Source: Pseudomonadota bacterium (GTDB taxonomy: Bacteria > Myxococcota > JACRCW01 > JAFGSX01). Taken from it: a stretch of 64,000 bases of DNA. How positions within the stretch are numbered: the first letter of the stretch is position 1; each line of letters starts with the position of its first letter. The DNA is taken from contig JBDRCO010000051.1 of assembly GCA_043821645.1 (NCBI GenBank), positions 160,001-224,000 of the forward strand. The letters run 5' to 3'. The position numbers and the translations under genes were made by a program. This document shows positions 1 through 11,482 of the stretch, in pieces. Below the pieces are notes generated by a model. It made no database searches, had not been told where the DNA came from, and saw only the letters and a list, made by a program, of their open reading frames with translations.

Positions 1-2
1 GG

Positions 3-875
3 GATCTGTTCGATCCCACCGTCGAGCGACTTGATGGCCACCCGCTGAGCAAGAAGATCTCCGACGACGAGATGAAGCGCCTGGTGTCCCGCCTGGCCCG
101 GGACATGCCCCTGTGTGATCTTCCCGGTGGCGACCTGGTGGCCAGGACCGTGAGCCAGCTGCCCGGCGCCCAGAACCTGCAGGGCGATCCCAGCAGGATG
201 TCCTACCGCGAGCTGAGCCGGGCCCTCGGCGACTCGGCCAAGGACCAGCTTGACGCCACCTTCAAGCCCCTGCTCGACGACTTCCGGGACAACCACAAGG
301 CAGCCTTTTACAGCATGGCCACCCTGGGTGCAGTGGGCGTGGGCGCCCTGGCCTACACCCAGGGCAGCGACCTGCTGCGCAAGCTCGGGGTCAAGCCCAA
401 GCTGAGGCAGAAGTTCTTCGACGACAGGCTGCGCGCAACGGTCGAGGCCAACTGGGGCAAGAAGTTCAGTTCGATCGACGGCACGGTGTCCCTGGAGACT
501 CGGAGCCGGGACGACCGCCTGAGCCTGATGGCCTCGGTCACTGGCGGCAGCGACGGGCTCAAGGAAGCCACGGTGCGCGGCCGCGCCATCATCGAGGACG
601 CACCCCTGGGCCTGGACCAGCTGGCCCTGCACGGCGCCTACACCCATGACTTCGTCAACAACCACGACCTGAGTTCCCTGGGTATCGCCGGCAGCAAGGG
701 CGCGCTGACCTTCACCGCCAGCGACGTGCGCAACTGGACCACGGGCGCCTCGCGCACCGAGCTCGACGTCGGCACCGAGATGTGGGGCGGGCGGCTGTCG
801 GGCTACGCCGCGAACATTCGCGATGGCAATCGCGAGGACAACCAGGTTGGCGTGCTGTACAGGGTTCAGTTCTGA
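3..875 (+). CDS. Hypothetical protein, probably 5'-truncated by the window edge; beta-strand-rich C-terminus
   Basis: Frame is open from base 3 (DLFDPTVERLDGHPLSKKISDDE) into the 72..875 ORF. One hydrophobic helix (AAFYSMATLGAVGVGALAY) is followed by amphipathic strands ending VGVLYRVQF. Confidence 0.75.
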   Translation, partial: DLFDPTVERLDGHPLSKKISDDEMKRLVSRLARDMPLCDLPGGDLVARTVSQLPGAQNLQGDPSRMSYRELSRALGDSAKDQLDATFKPLLDDFRDNHKAAFYSMATLGAVGVGALAYTQGSDLLRKLGVKPKLRQKFFDDRLRATVEANWGKKFSSIDGTVSLETRSRDDRLSLMASVTGGSDGLKEATVRGRAIIEDAPLGLDQLALHGAYTHDFVNNHDLSSLGIAGSKGALTFTASDVRNWTTGASRTELDVGTEMWGGRLSGYAANIRDGNREDNQVGVLYRVQF

Positions 876-980
876 ATACCCGGATCGCCGTTACACTGCC
901 ACCGCCTCGACCCGTTCCCCGCCCTTGAGCGACGCCCCCGACCTCCTCGCTGTCCGTGCGTCCCGGTGCACGCCGTCTGG

Positions 981-3900
981 CTACTGCGCGCAGGCCGAGT
1001 TGTCACTGAACCCGACCACCACCCCGGCGGGCCCTCCGGAGCTGCCGGAGGTGTGGTACAGGACGACAGGCTCGCCCGCACCTGTCTTCATGGTGGGCAG
1101 GATGGGCCGGGTCCTGTCGATCTCGTAGCGGAACTCGCGCACCGTCGTCGATGCGTAGCTGTTGTTCCAGATGAACTGGTTGGTCTGGGCCTGGTTGACC
1201 CAGGCCACCGCGTCGTTGCCGCGCTGGGCAAAGGGTGCATAGGCCGGCGCGCCGCCCGTCGTGGTCTGGGTCAGTCCATCGCTGGGTCGATAGGTCACGA
1301 CGTCGCCGTTGCTGTTCGCGACCAGGACGTTGTTGTTCAGCGTCGTCGTGTAGAAGTTGAAGAAGCCCTGTTGCACCGCGTAGCCCCAGGGGGAGAGCGA
1401 ACTCGAGAAGCCAGAGCTGTATGGAAACGACAGGATCAACGAACCGCTGGATCCGTAGGCCGTGCTTCGCTTCAGCTCCCAGCGCGAGCTGCCGCTGTTG
1501 CGCAGTAGGAACATGGCCGTGGACCCGTTAAATCCCAGGCCATAGGCGGTACGTGGGGTGAACTCGATCACGCTTTGGTAGATGTCGCGAACGATGTTGG
1601 TCGTGCTCGTGCGCTGGATCATGCGCACGCCGGTGACCGGAATAAGGATGTAGACCGAGTAGGTGATCAGGGCCTGGTAGGTCTCGGTGCCCGTCCAGTC
1701 GACCACGTCGATGGAGGATGCGCCGAGGCCGGTGCCCGCCTGGTGCTCCCAGGGGCCGTAGGGGCCGTCAAAGGGGTCGGTCGGGTTGATCCCGGTACCG
1801 ATGGGGTTGCGCACGATGACCTGGTACTCGTAGCCCGTCGAGTCCGTGCTGCTGGTGCCCGTGCGCGTGTCCACGAAGCTGACCAGCAGTCTCACGTCGT
1901 CCGCGGCACAGCCTGCGTCGGCCACCTTCTCCCAGGTCCGCAGCGGGCTCGCGAGCAGGTTGTACATGTTGCCCAGGCTCGCCACGAGCCCACCCTCGCC
2001 GCTGATGCGAGTCATGCCCAGGGTCGACAGGTTGAGCACCTCGATATCGGGCGTGGACAGGTGGACCGTGGAACCCTCCGCCCACGGCCCGGCCCACACC
2101 GAGGGAAACAGCGTGGTATCCCGCAGGATGGCGTAGGCGCCGTTACCGCACACCTGCTTGAGTTCGAGCCCGGTGGGGAGGAGCGTGCTCGAGACCTCGT
2201 TGACATAGGCCACGTTGGGCTGGCTGACATTGCCGGCCTGGTCCACAGCGCGCACCTCGAGCAGGTTGACCGTGTCCTGCAGCAACCCGAACTGGATGTA
2301 GCCGCCCGAGGTCCGGGTTCCTGTGGCCCAGGGCCCACCATTGGAGCGGACCTCATAGTGATCGAAGGTGGTGTCCAGGGTCGAGCCCACGGGCACGGTG
2401 ATGCGGGCACACGAGGAATTAGCCTCGGCGATGTTGCCCGGGCTCACCGATGGCGTGCTCGGCACCGTGGTGTCCTTGTAGACGTACGCGGAGCTCGTAT
2501 CGCGGACGTTTCCCGCCCGGTCCAGCAGGCGCACGTCCATGGTCTTGAGCCCGTCCCCCGACGACAGAGCGCAGGTGAAGGTCGAGGCATAGGGCACCAC
2601 GGGCTCGCTGCCGGTGATGGTACCGTCGCACTGGATTAGCATGAAGTCCGGCACGTCGCCCACGCAGGCGACCGTCACGCTCGCAGTGTCGGCGTTGCGG
2701 TACATATTTCCCGCGACGGCGAGCGAGGCGCTGGTGTTGCACGGCCGGATCGAGTCGTAGAGGAAACTGCCTGTCGCCGGTGCTCCGCCGTTCTCCAGGT
2801 CGTCAAAGGGAAACACCTTGATCATGTACTCGGTTCCCGACGAGGAGCTCAGGTGCGTACCGGCGGTGAGGACGCGCGAGGTAGCCGTGGTGCTCTCGTC
2901 GAGCACACCGGTGCTCCCTGCCCGCAGCAGCACGAAGCGATAGCGCACGGTGCTGGGGTCACCGGAACTCCAGGTGACCGTGAAGGTCGTGCGGACATCG
3001 GCGGGAAGGCCGACCAGGGTGGGCGGCGAGGGAGCGGTCTGATCCAAGGTGATGCTCGCAGCGGCCGAGAGCGGCGTCGTGGTGACATTGCCCGCGGCGT
3101 CGCGGTAGCACGCCAGTACGTTCTTGCTGCCGTCGCCGCTGCCCACCACGAGGTGGGTGGTGGCTGCGTAGGGCACGTAGGAAGCGCTGGCGCACGCCAG
3201 GCCCTGGGTCGAGGGCACCAGGGCCATGGCCGTGGGCGAACCCGTGCAGCCGCTGTGGCTGACCTTGACGTGGGTCACCGCTGTTCGCCCCGCAGGGGCC
3301 GCGGTCACACCATCGGCCTTGTAGCCGGACAGCGTGAGGGTGCAGCTTGGAGGAGTGCCGTCATAGTATAGGGTCAGGCTCCGGGTCGTCGGATTTGAGG
3401 CGTTGGTGGCGTCGTCCTGCAAGGCCACGGTGACCGCCTTGTTGCCCTCGCCCGCTGCCACATCCAGAGTCACGTCGACGAAGGGGCTGTACGGGATCCA
3501 GGTCCCGGGGGCTGGTGCCAGCACGTTCCCCGTGATCCGCATCTGCGTGGCGCCGCTGGCATTGACGCTGACCCGGGCAAAGGCGCTGGTGATGTACTGG
3601 GTGGAACCCACGATGTTGCAGTCCAGGCAGGCCAGGTCCAGGAAGTCCGGCCTCACCCGGTCCAGGGTGATACTGGCGGTGGAGGCCGCGCTGAGATTGC
3701 CTGCGCTGTCTCGATAGCGAAGAGTGAGCAGGTGCAGGCCGTCGACGTCCGGGAGCACGAAGCTCAGGCTCCCCGCCGCGGCCTTGGTCTGCACCGCGCC
3801 CAGGGCGCGATTGCTCTCGAAAAGCACGCTCTCGCCCGAGGTCCAGTTGCTGAAGCTGAGGTTGAGGGTCTGGGTGTTGGTGAAGGCCCCCTGGGTGATG

Positions 3901-6900
3901 GTGAAGGCTGGAGCAGACGGCGGAACCGTATCCACCGTGACCGCAGCGTTGAGAGTCCCTCCGGCGCCGGCAATGTTGCCGGCCTGGTCCTTGTACGCGA
4001 TGTACACGGTCCGCAGGCCATCGCCGGGAGCCAGGGGCCAGAACTGCACCTGCGTGTCGTCGTAGGGCTGCCAGACCGCGCCGGCGAAGTTCTGCTTGTT
4101 GGAGATCATCATCTCGCTGGCACCGCTGGCGGCCACCTCGAGGAACACCGAGGACAGCGTGGTCTGTCCACCGCTGAGGCTGTTGCCCTGGGCGTCCTGA
4201 ATGTCGAGGGCGGGCGCTCCTGCCAGGGGCACCTGGCGGTCCAGGGTGATGCAGTCTCCGGCGGCGCCAGCCACGGTGGCCGAGGACATGTTGCCAGCCG
4301 GGTCGATGAAGCGAACCTTGATGCACAGGTTGTCGTCGGGGTTGGGCGAGCCCGTGGTGGGGTCCGTGTAGCTCCACACGAAGGGGGTCACGAAGCTCTC
4401 CGCGGGGAGCCACGACGTGCCGTTGACGCTGCGCTGCATCTGCACCACGCCATTGAGGTCTGATGAACTGACCGCGACGCTGGCGCTGAGCTCCTTGGTG
4501 GCCGTCGCGCCAGACTCGATGAGCACGGAGCCGAGCGTGGGGGCGACGCGGTCGAGGGTGATGGCCGAGTCGAAGACTTCGCTCTCCTGGGTGGTGGGGC
4601 TCCCATACTCGAACTGCACATAGACCCTGTGAGGCCCATCGGCGTCGGCGAGACTGAAGCTGCAGTCCTGGTCGCCGCCGCTGTTGGTGCACGCCGTGAA
4701 GTCGAGGTAGGCCTGGAGGCCGCCTCCGAAGCTGGCGTCTTCACTCGCGCGATAGCGGGTCGCGCCGGTGTAGCTGAGATTGAGGAGGATGACCCGGGCG
4801 CTGGTGAAGCCCGAGCCTCCACCGTTGATGGTGAAGTCGCCCTGCTGCGGCGCCAGGGTCAGCGGCGACAGCGCGGTCGAGACCTGGTTGATGGTGTTGC
4901 TGGTCACCACGATGCCGCTCTGGGTGATGGTGGAGTAGCCATCGCGTCGGGCCACCAGGTCGTAGCTTCCAGCCAGCACGTCCTCGAGGATGAAGTAGCC
5001 GGCCGAGTTGCTCTGGGTGGTGTAGCCCGTGTTGAGAAGCTCGATCAGGACGTTCTCGTGGCTGCTGCGATCGGCGAGCTTGACGTAGCCCTCGATGGCG
5101 CCGCGGGACCTGCGCAGGGTGATGGTGCCCACGTCGATCACGCCGCCACCGGACACCGAGACTCCGCTAGACAGGAGCGCGTCGTCGTAGCCCGGCTTGC
5201 GCACGCGCAGCGGCACGTAGGTCTTGGTCAGCAGGTTGGCGATGGTGAAGCGGTTGCCCGTCATGGAGTGCGCGAAGGTGGTCCCCCCGAGCTCGAAGCC
5301 GACACCCGAGTAGTCGCTGGAACTCTCGAGGCTGAGCACGCCGGTGATGTCACCCGTGGAGTCGAGGGTGATGGAGGCCGAGGCCGGGTCTGGACTGGGA
5401 GCCAGGTTGCCGGCGCGATCGCGAAAGCGCGCGTACACGACCTTGCTGCCATCGTTCGGCGTCAATCTCCAGCTGGGCACGATGGAGGCATAGGGCTGCC
5501 ACACCGCGGTGGACTCACCACCGGTGTTCCAGACCTTCATCTCGCTGCAGGCGGTCACATCAAAATCGATGCGAACGTAGGCGGCCTCGACCGCGCTCTC
5601 CCCGGGGTTGAGAACGATCTGAAGCCCGCTCAGGGTCATGGGTGGCGTTCCCAGCGATGGCGGCGCGCGGTCCAGCTCGATCTGCTGGTGCAGGCAGGCC
5701 GTGTCATTGCCGGCCTGGTCCCGGAACTGCACGCTGACATCCTTCAGGGCGTCCGGAGGCGCGAGATCCACCGCACCTTGAGGAGAGAAGGGTACCCAGG
5801 TCCCACCCGAGCAATCGGCAGTGGCCGAGATGCGCATCTCGCTGGCTCCGAGCGCCGTCAGGATGAGCGAAGGGCGCAGACTGCTGGTGACCGCACCGTC
5901 GACGAAGGCCAGCGATGCGGCCAGCGGAGCCTCGCGGTCCAGGATCACGGTCAGCACTGCTGGAGCACTGGCATTGCCCGCAGCGTCGATGTAGCGCACG
6001 AACACGAACTTGGTGCCATCCTCCCCGCTGAGGTCGTACTGCACCTGCGCCTGCACCCCGTAACTGCGTGCGCCGGCAAAGGCGGCATTGCTTGCCACTT
6101 CGATGCTGGCGACACCGCTGGTGTTGTTGAGGTCGAGGGTGAGGCTTGGATTGCGGGTGTAGGTCCCGGTTGTCGTCGTCACCGCCGGCACCGGTGGTGC
6201 CACGCTGTCGTACTCGATGGCGTCGCAGTAGTCCTGGGTGCGGTTCCCTGCGGCGTCTCGGAACGCCACGCACACGTTCTTGATCCCCTGGGTCGCGGGG
6301 GGCAAGACCCAGGTTGAACTCGTCGCGAAAGCCTGCCAGGACCCCGTGGCGGGCACGGCTTCGTTGCCCAGCAACATCTCGACGGGACTGTCGTCGCTGG
6401 CGGCCAGGCTCAGGGTCACGGTGAAGAAGCGAGTGAGGGCATCATCACCGTTGATGACGAGGTCCCCACCCACGGGCGCGAAGGGATCGACCACGATGCT
6501 GGCAAGCTGTGGAGCACTGGTGTTGCCGGCGGCGTCGGTGAGCCGGGCCCACACCCGGGCCGTGCGAAAGGCCTGCGCTCCGGGCAGCACCACGCCAAAG
6601 GGTTGACCGGTGAAGGCCCTGGCTTCCCAGTCTCCGCTGTGCAGGTCCTGGGCATCCGTGGTGTCTCGATAGGCCAGCTCCAGGGTCGCGACGGGGCTGG
6701 CATCGGTGCCGCTGACATCCAGGGTCACGGCCAGGGGGCTGGTGTAGCTCGCGCCGCCGTTAATCAGGATGTTCAGGTTCTGCGGTGGCAAGGTATCGAG
6801 AACGATGACATCGGAGCGCGCCTCACTGATGAAGCCGGTGGACGAGGGGTCCTGGAACTGGACCCAGACCCTGTGCTGCCCCTCAGCGCTCCCGAGAAGA

Positions 6901-9335
6901 AAGGGACATTGGTAGGCGCCGCCCGAGATCGGGGCACAGGGTGCATTGCCCAGGGCCAGCCAGGCCTGGCTTCCTCCACCGAAGGTCCCGTCCTCGCTGG
7001 CCCGGTATTCCAAGGCCCCGTCGTAGGACAGGTCCAGGTGCACGGTGGTGGAACTGCTGTAGCTTCCCTCGGTGAAGCTGAACGTCCCCCCGAGCCGGCG
7101 CAGGGTGATGGGGGCGCCCGCCGTGGACACGGTGACGACTGCGGAGGCCGGGACATCCACGCCACTGACCGTCTCGACGCTCCAGTTGTCGTCGCGGCGC
7201 AGGACCAGGGTGTAGCCTGGCTTCGAGGTCACCCCGTCGATGCGAAAGTGACCCGTGGCGTCGGTGAGTCCGTTCAGGGCGAGACCCTGGATGCTGATCA
7301 CGATGCCCGAATGGTCCAGCTCGCCGACAAGCTGGACGTAGCCCTCGATGGAACCCCGGGCGAGCTGCAGCCGGAGCGTGCCCACGTCCGTCGACAAACC
7401 CGGGAGCACTGTCATGGGCGCCCGCGCTGCCACGTCGGCGTAGTCGGTCTTCTGCAGCACCAGTTGCCGGTTGGCGCCGGCAGCCACCCCGGTCACCGAA
7501 AAAGTGAACTCTCCGCGCTGACCCGTGGCGGTGAGCTGCAGGGCAAAGCTCTGTCCGTCGACCAGGGCCGTGACGCCTGCGCCGTCCCCCTCGCTGCCAT
7601 TCGCCGCATCCTCGACGACAAGGGTTCCACCCAGGCTGCCCCTGTCGTCGAACACGATCATCCGAGATGCCATCAGGGAGCTATTCCCCGCCACGTCGCG
7701 GACGACGGCGTTTACCTGTCGCGAGGTGTTGGCGTAGTCCAGAGTACGCAGCTGCACCGAGGTGCTTTCGGCGAAGGGAACAGGCGCCGGGATCGTCGCA
7801 CCTTCTTCCCAGACCTGCATGGAGACCACCGCATTGAGGTCGCTGGCCTGCAAGGCCACGGGAAGAAGAGCTTCTCCCGTCACCGCGGCGCCCCCTCGCA
7901 GCACCAGGGCGCTCACCACCGGTGCCGTGATGTCCACCCATGCGCTCAGCTCGGACGGCTGGCTCAGATTGCCGGCGCGATCTTGCAGGTACACGAAGAT
8001 CTTTTTTTCGCCTTCACCCGCGGTGAGACCGATTTCCTCGTCGAGACGGACCAGGCCACCGGGTGACTCGGTGAGCGTGAAGCTCAGAGCCAGCGGGTCT
8101 CCGGCGCTGTTCTGGGCGTCGTGGTGCAGCACATACGAGTACACCGCGCTCACCGTGTCCTGGCCGTCCACCTCGATGCTCAGCACGCTGGCATCCTGGT
8201 TGAACCAGATCTTGCCGTCCTCGCCGGCACTCCGACCCCGCACACGAGTCCCTGCCACCTGAGGTGGCGTCACGTCGCGCACCACCTGGGTGTGGTAAAC
8301 AGGCGACTGAAAGGTGAAGCCATGGACCTGGGTATTGCGAAATTGCGCCGAGATCTGGATGGCGCCTTCGACCGCCGGAAGGTCCACATCCGTCGACGCG
8401 ACGTAGTCCATCCAGGTCGTGGTGCCGCTGGCAAAGTTGGCGTCCGTCGACAGCCTCATCTGATTCATGCCGCCGAACTGCAGCACGTGCACGGGAACGG
8501 CGGCTTGGCTCGTGTAGTACTGGCCAAAGATCTGCTGCAAGGCCGGGATGAGAACTGCTGACACCGGATACAGCGTCAGCCCCGCAGAACCCGTGAAATC
8601 CTGCGTGTTCTGCTCGGTGGGGGTCGCGGCACCCTGGATGTCGAAGCCAACCCGGTGGTCGGGGGTGAAGCCCTCGAGTTCCGCAGCCAGGGCGTAGCGG
8701 CCTGGCGGCACCCTGTCGAAGGTCACGCTATTCGCGGCATCGGTCAGGGCCGTGGCCTGTGCTTCGAGACCAAACGGTCCCTGGCGATACAGCAGGACCC
8801 TCCGCGCTCCACCCTGGCCGGCGGCCAGCTGCACCTCGACCTGGACCCGCCCGGTCCACTGAGGATCGGTGACCTCCACCGACAGTGGCGCATAGCGAAG
8901 AGTGCCCAGATCCTGGATCTCCCCCGGCAGCAGGGTCACGGGTGGGATGGCGACCGGGATATAGGCCGGATTCAGACCGTCCACCACGACGCGATAGACC
9001 CCGGCAGGCAGCTCGTTGAACGCGACGCTTGCCGTGCGCAGGCTGTCCTCGCAGGCCATGCGCGCCGCAGCGGTCGGCTCGTTCCCACAGGTCACCGCCA
9101 GCAGCTGCTGACCCGCCGAGTCCAGGAGCCGGACGGTCAGTGCGCGCAGCTCGTCGTGCACGATGGTCGACGACACGGGCACATCCAGGAACAGCACCGC
9201 ACGAACACCACCCCTGGCCTGCTCGTTGACTGGCGCACGCCAGTCGTAGGGATTGGCGGGCAGCAGCTCGTCGCAGGCCAGCGAGGTCAGGGATAGCAGA
9301 ACAATCGCCAGCGCAGCGTGAAATGTCCGGGTCAT
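981..9335 (-). CDS. Giant (2784 aa) surface lipoprotein with tandem Ig-like and carboxypeptidase-regulatory-like repeats; adhesin-like
   Basis: Signal peptide with lipobox (LSLTSLA-C). 13 DxAGN-ending modules; RGSIEGYV/RGAIEGYV modules; distinct aromatic-rich C-terminal region. Confidence 0.9.
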   Translation of the reverse strand: MTRTFHAALAIVLLSLTSLACDELLPANPYDWRAPVNEQARGGVRAVLFLDVPVSSTIVHDELRALTVRLLDSAGQQLLAVTCGNEPTAAARMACEDSLRTASVAFNELPAGVYRVVVDGLNPAYIPVAIPPVTLLPGEIQDLGTLRYAPLSVEVTDPQWTGRVQVEVQLAAGQGGARRVLLYRQGPFGLEAQATALTDAANSVTFDRVPPGRYALAAELEGFTPDHRVGFDIQGAATPTEQNTQDFTGSAGLTLYPVSAVLIPALQQIFGQYYTSQAAVPVHVLQFGGMNQMRLSTDANFASGTTTWMDYVASTDVDLPAVEGAIQISAQFRNTQVHGFTFQSPVYHTQVVRDVTPPQVAGTRVRGRSAGEDGKIWFNQDASVLSIEVDGQDTVSAVYSYVLHHDAQNSAGDPLALSFTLTESPGGLVRLDEEIGLTAGEGEKKIFVYLQDRAGNLSQPSELSAWVDITAPVVSALVLRGGAAVTGEALLPVALQASDLNAVVSMQVWEEGATIPAPVPFAESTSVQLRTLDYANTSRQVNAVVRDVAGNSSLMASRMIVFDDRGSLGGTLVVEDAANGSEGDGAGVTALVDGQSFALQLTATGQRGEFTFSVTGVAAGANRQLVLQKTDYADVAARAPMTVLPGLSTDVGTLRLQLARGSIEGYVQLVGELDHSGIVISIQGLALNGLTDATGHFRIDGVTSKPGYTLVLRRDDNWSVETVSGVDVPASAVVTVSTAGAPITLRRLGGTFSFTEGSYSSSTTVHLDLSYDGALEYRASEDGTFGGGSQAWLALGNAPCAPISGGAYQCPFLLGSAEGQHRVWVQFQDPSSTGFISEARSDVIVLDTLPPQNLNILINGGASYTSPLAVTLDVSGTDASPVATLELAYRDTTDAQDLHSGDWEARAFTGQPFGVVLPGAQAFRTARVWARLTDAAGNTSAPQLASIVVDPFAPVGGDLVINGDDALTRFFTVTLSLAASDDSPVEMLLGNEAVPATGSWQAFATSSTWVLPPATQGIKNVCVAFRDAAGNRTQDYCDAIEYDSVAPPVPAVTTTTGTYTRNPSLTLDLNNTSGVASIEVASNAAFAGARSYGVQAQVQYDLSGEDGTKFVFVRYIDAAGNASAPAVLTVILDREAPLAASLAFVDGAVTSSLRPSLILTALGASEMRISATADCSGGTWVPFSPQGAVDLAPPDALKDVSVQFRDQAGNDTACLHQQIELDRAPPSLGTPPMTLSGLQIVLNPGESAVEAAYVRIDFDVTACSEMKVWNTGGESTAVWQPYASIVPSWRLTPNDGSKVVYARFRDRAGNLAPSPDPASASITLDSTGDITGVLSLESSSDYSGVGFELGGTTFAHSMTGNRFTIANLLTKTYVPLRVRKPGYDDALLSSGVSVSGGGVIDVGTITLRRSRGAIEGYVKLADRSSHENVLIELLNTGYTTQSNSAGYFILEDVLAGSYDLVARRDGYSTITQSGIVVTSNTINQVSTALSPLTLAPQQGDFTINGGGSGFTSARVILLNLSYTGATRYRASEDASFGGGLQAYLDFTACTNSGGDQDCSFSLADADGPHRVYVQFEYGSPTTQESEVFDSAITLDRVAPTLGSVLIESGATATKELSASVAVSSSDLNGVVQMQRSVNGTSWLPAESFVTPFVWSYTDPTTGSPNPDDNLCIKVRFIDPAGNMSSATVAGAAGDCITLDRQVPLAGAPALDIQDAQGNSLSGGQTTLSSVFLEVAASGASEMMISNKQNFAGAVWQPYDDTQVQFWPLAPGDGLRTVYIAYKDQAGNIAGAGGTLNAAVTVDTVPPSAPAFTITQGAFTNTQTLNLSFSNWTSGESVLFESNRALGAVQTKAAAGSLSFVLPDVDGLHLLTLRYRDSAGNLSAASTASITLDRVRPDFLDLACLDCNIVGSTQYITSAFARVSVNASGATQMRITGNVLAPAPGTWIPYSPFVDVTLDVAAGEGNKAVTVALQDDATNASNPTTRSLTLYYDGTPPSCTLTLSGYKADGVTAAPAGRTAVTHVKVSHSGCTGSPTAMALVPSTQGLACASASYVPYAATTHLVVGSGDGSKNVLACYRDAAGNVTTTPLSAAASITLDQTAPSPPTLVGLPADVRTTFTVTWSSGDPSTVRYRFVLLRAGSTGVLDESTTATSRVLTAGTHLSSSSGTEYMIKVFPFDDLENGGAPATGSFLYDSIRPCNTSASLAVAGNMYRNADTASVTVACVGDVPDFMLIQCDGTITGSEPVVPYASTFTCALSSGDGLKTMDVRLLDRAGNVRDTSSAYVYKDTTVPSTPSVSPGNIAEANSSCARITVPVGSTLDTTFDHYEVRSNGGPWATGTRTSGGYIQFGLLQDTVNLLEVRAVDQAGNVSQPNVAYVNEVSSTLLPTGLELKQVCGNGAYAILRDTTLFPSVWAGPWAEGSTVHLSTPDIEVLNLSTLGMTRISGEGGLVASLGNMYNLLASPLRTWEKVADAGCAADDVRLLVSFVDTRTGTSSTDSTGYEYQVIVRNPIGTGINPTDPFDGPYGPWEHQAGTGLGASSIDVVDWTGTETYQALITYSVYILIPVTGVRMIQRTSTTNIVRDIYQSVIEFTPRTAYGLGFNGSTAMFLLRNSGSSRWELKRSTAYGSSGSLILSFPYSSGFSSSLSPWGYAVQQGFFNFYTTTLNNNVLVANSNGDVVTYRPSDGLTQTTTGGAPAYAPFAQRGNDAVAWVNQAQTNQFIWNNSYASTTVREFRYEIDRTRPILPTMKTGAGEPVVLYHTSGSSGGPAGVVVGFSDNSACAQ

Positions 9336-9521
9336 CGTGCCTCCAGAGATCCAGAATGACGACCAAACACGTCAGTGTAGCGTATTCAGCATATGCCGCC
9401 AGCTCGTCTTCGAGCTTGACGTCGAGAACAGGCCTGCCTGCAGGGTTCGCAGCTTGCGCTGGCGTCGGAGGACCAGCCGCGCTACACAGAGTGGGTCCGG
9501 GCAAGCCGAACGGAGTACGCG

Positions 9522-10535
<1,014 letters not shown>

Positions 10536-10541
10536 GGCGCG

Positions 10542-11480
10542 ATGGCAACGGACCACCAGCACGGCTCGCCTGCCTCGCCTCATTACATGCCCGCCAGCGA
10601 GGTGATGGCCCTGCAGGGGTTGACCCTGCGCGCGCGGTGCGTGGCCGACGGTGTGCTGGCAGGGCTGCACCACTCCCGACGTCTGGGGGAGAGCGCCGAG
10701 TTCGCAGAGCACAAGCTGTATGCCCCGGGCGACGACGTGCGGCGAATAGACTGGAAGGCCTTCGCCAAGACCGATCGCTACTTCGTGAAGCGCTTCGAGG
10801 AAGAGACCTCCCTGCGCGCCTTCCTCGTGGTCGACAGCTCCGGCTCCATGACCTACCCCGAACAGGGACGCCCCACCAAGTTCGAATACTCCGCGACCCT
10901 GGCCGCCTCGCTGTCCCTGCTGCTGTTGCGACAATCCGACGCCGTGGGCCTATTGAACTTCGGTCGCGACTGCCAGCTGATCGTCCCACCAGGCGCTGCC
11001 CGGGATCAAGCGCACGCGCTCACGCGAGCACTTGAGGCCATCCAGCCCGGCGGCGGCACCGATGCGCAGCGCGCCTTCGCCCAGCTCGGCGACCAGGTGC
11101 GGCGCCACAGCTTGGTGGTCGTCCTGAGTGACCTGCTGGGGGTCGTCGACGAGGCCGGAGACCTGGACCTCGTCCTCGGTGGATTGGCAGCCCTGCGAGC
11201 CCGGGGCGCGGACGTGGCTGTGCTCCAGGTGATGGACCGCGACGAGCTCGAATTGCCCTTCGCGGGTGTCGTGCGCTTCAAGGACCTCGAGGGAGATCGG
11301 GAGATCCAGGTCGACGCCGATGCCATCCGGGAGACCTACAAAGAAGAGGTGCAGGCCTACCTCGCACGCATCGAGCGCACGGCTCACGCAGCGGGTTTGA
11401 CCTATCAGCGCGTGCGCACCGACGATGCACCGGCCTCCGTCCTGGCCCGCTTCATTGCGGATCGCGACGGCGCTCGCTGA
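10542..11480 (+). CDS. DUF58 (VWA-like) MoxR partner protein
   Basis: GESAEFAEHKLYAPGDDVRRIDWK, VKRFEEET, VDSSGSM, VVLSD; directly follows moxR. Confidence 0.92.
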   Translation: MATDHQHGSPASPHYMPASEVMALQGLTLRARCVADGVLAGLHHSRRLGESAEFAEHKLYAPGDDVRRIDWKAFAKTDRYFVKRFEEETSLRAFLVVDSSGSMTYPEQGRPTKFEYSATLAASLSLLLLRQSDAVGLLNFGRDCQLIVPPGAARDQAHALTRALEAIQPGGGTDAQRAFAQLGDQVRRHSLVVVLSDLLGVVDEAGDLDLVLGGLAALRARGADVAVLQVMDRDELELPFAGVVRFKDLEGDREIQVDADAIRETYKEEVQAYLARIERTAHAAGLTYQRVRTDDAPASVLARFIADRDGAR

Positions 11481-11482
11481 AG

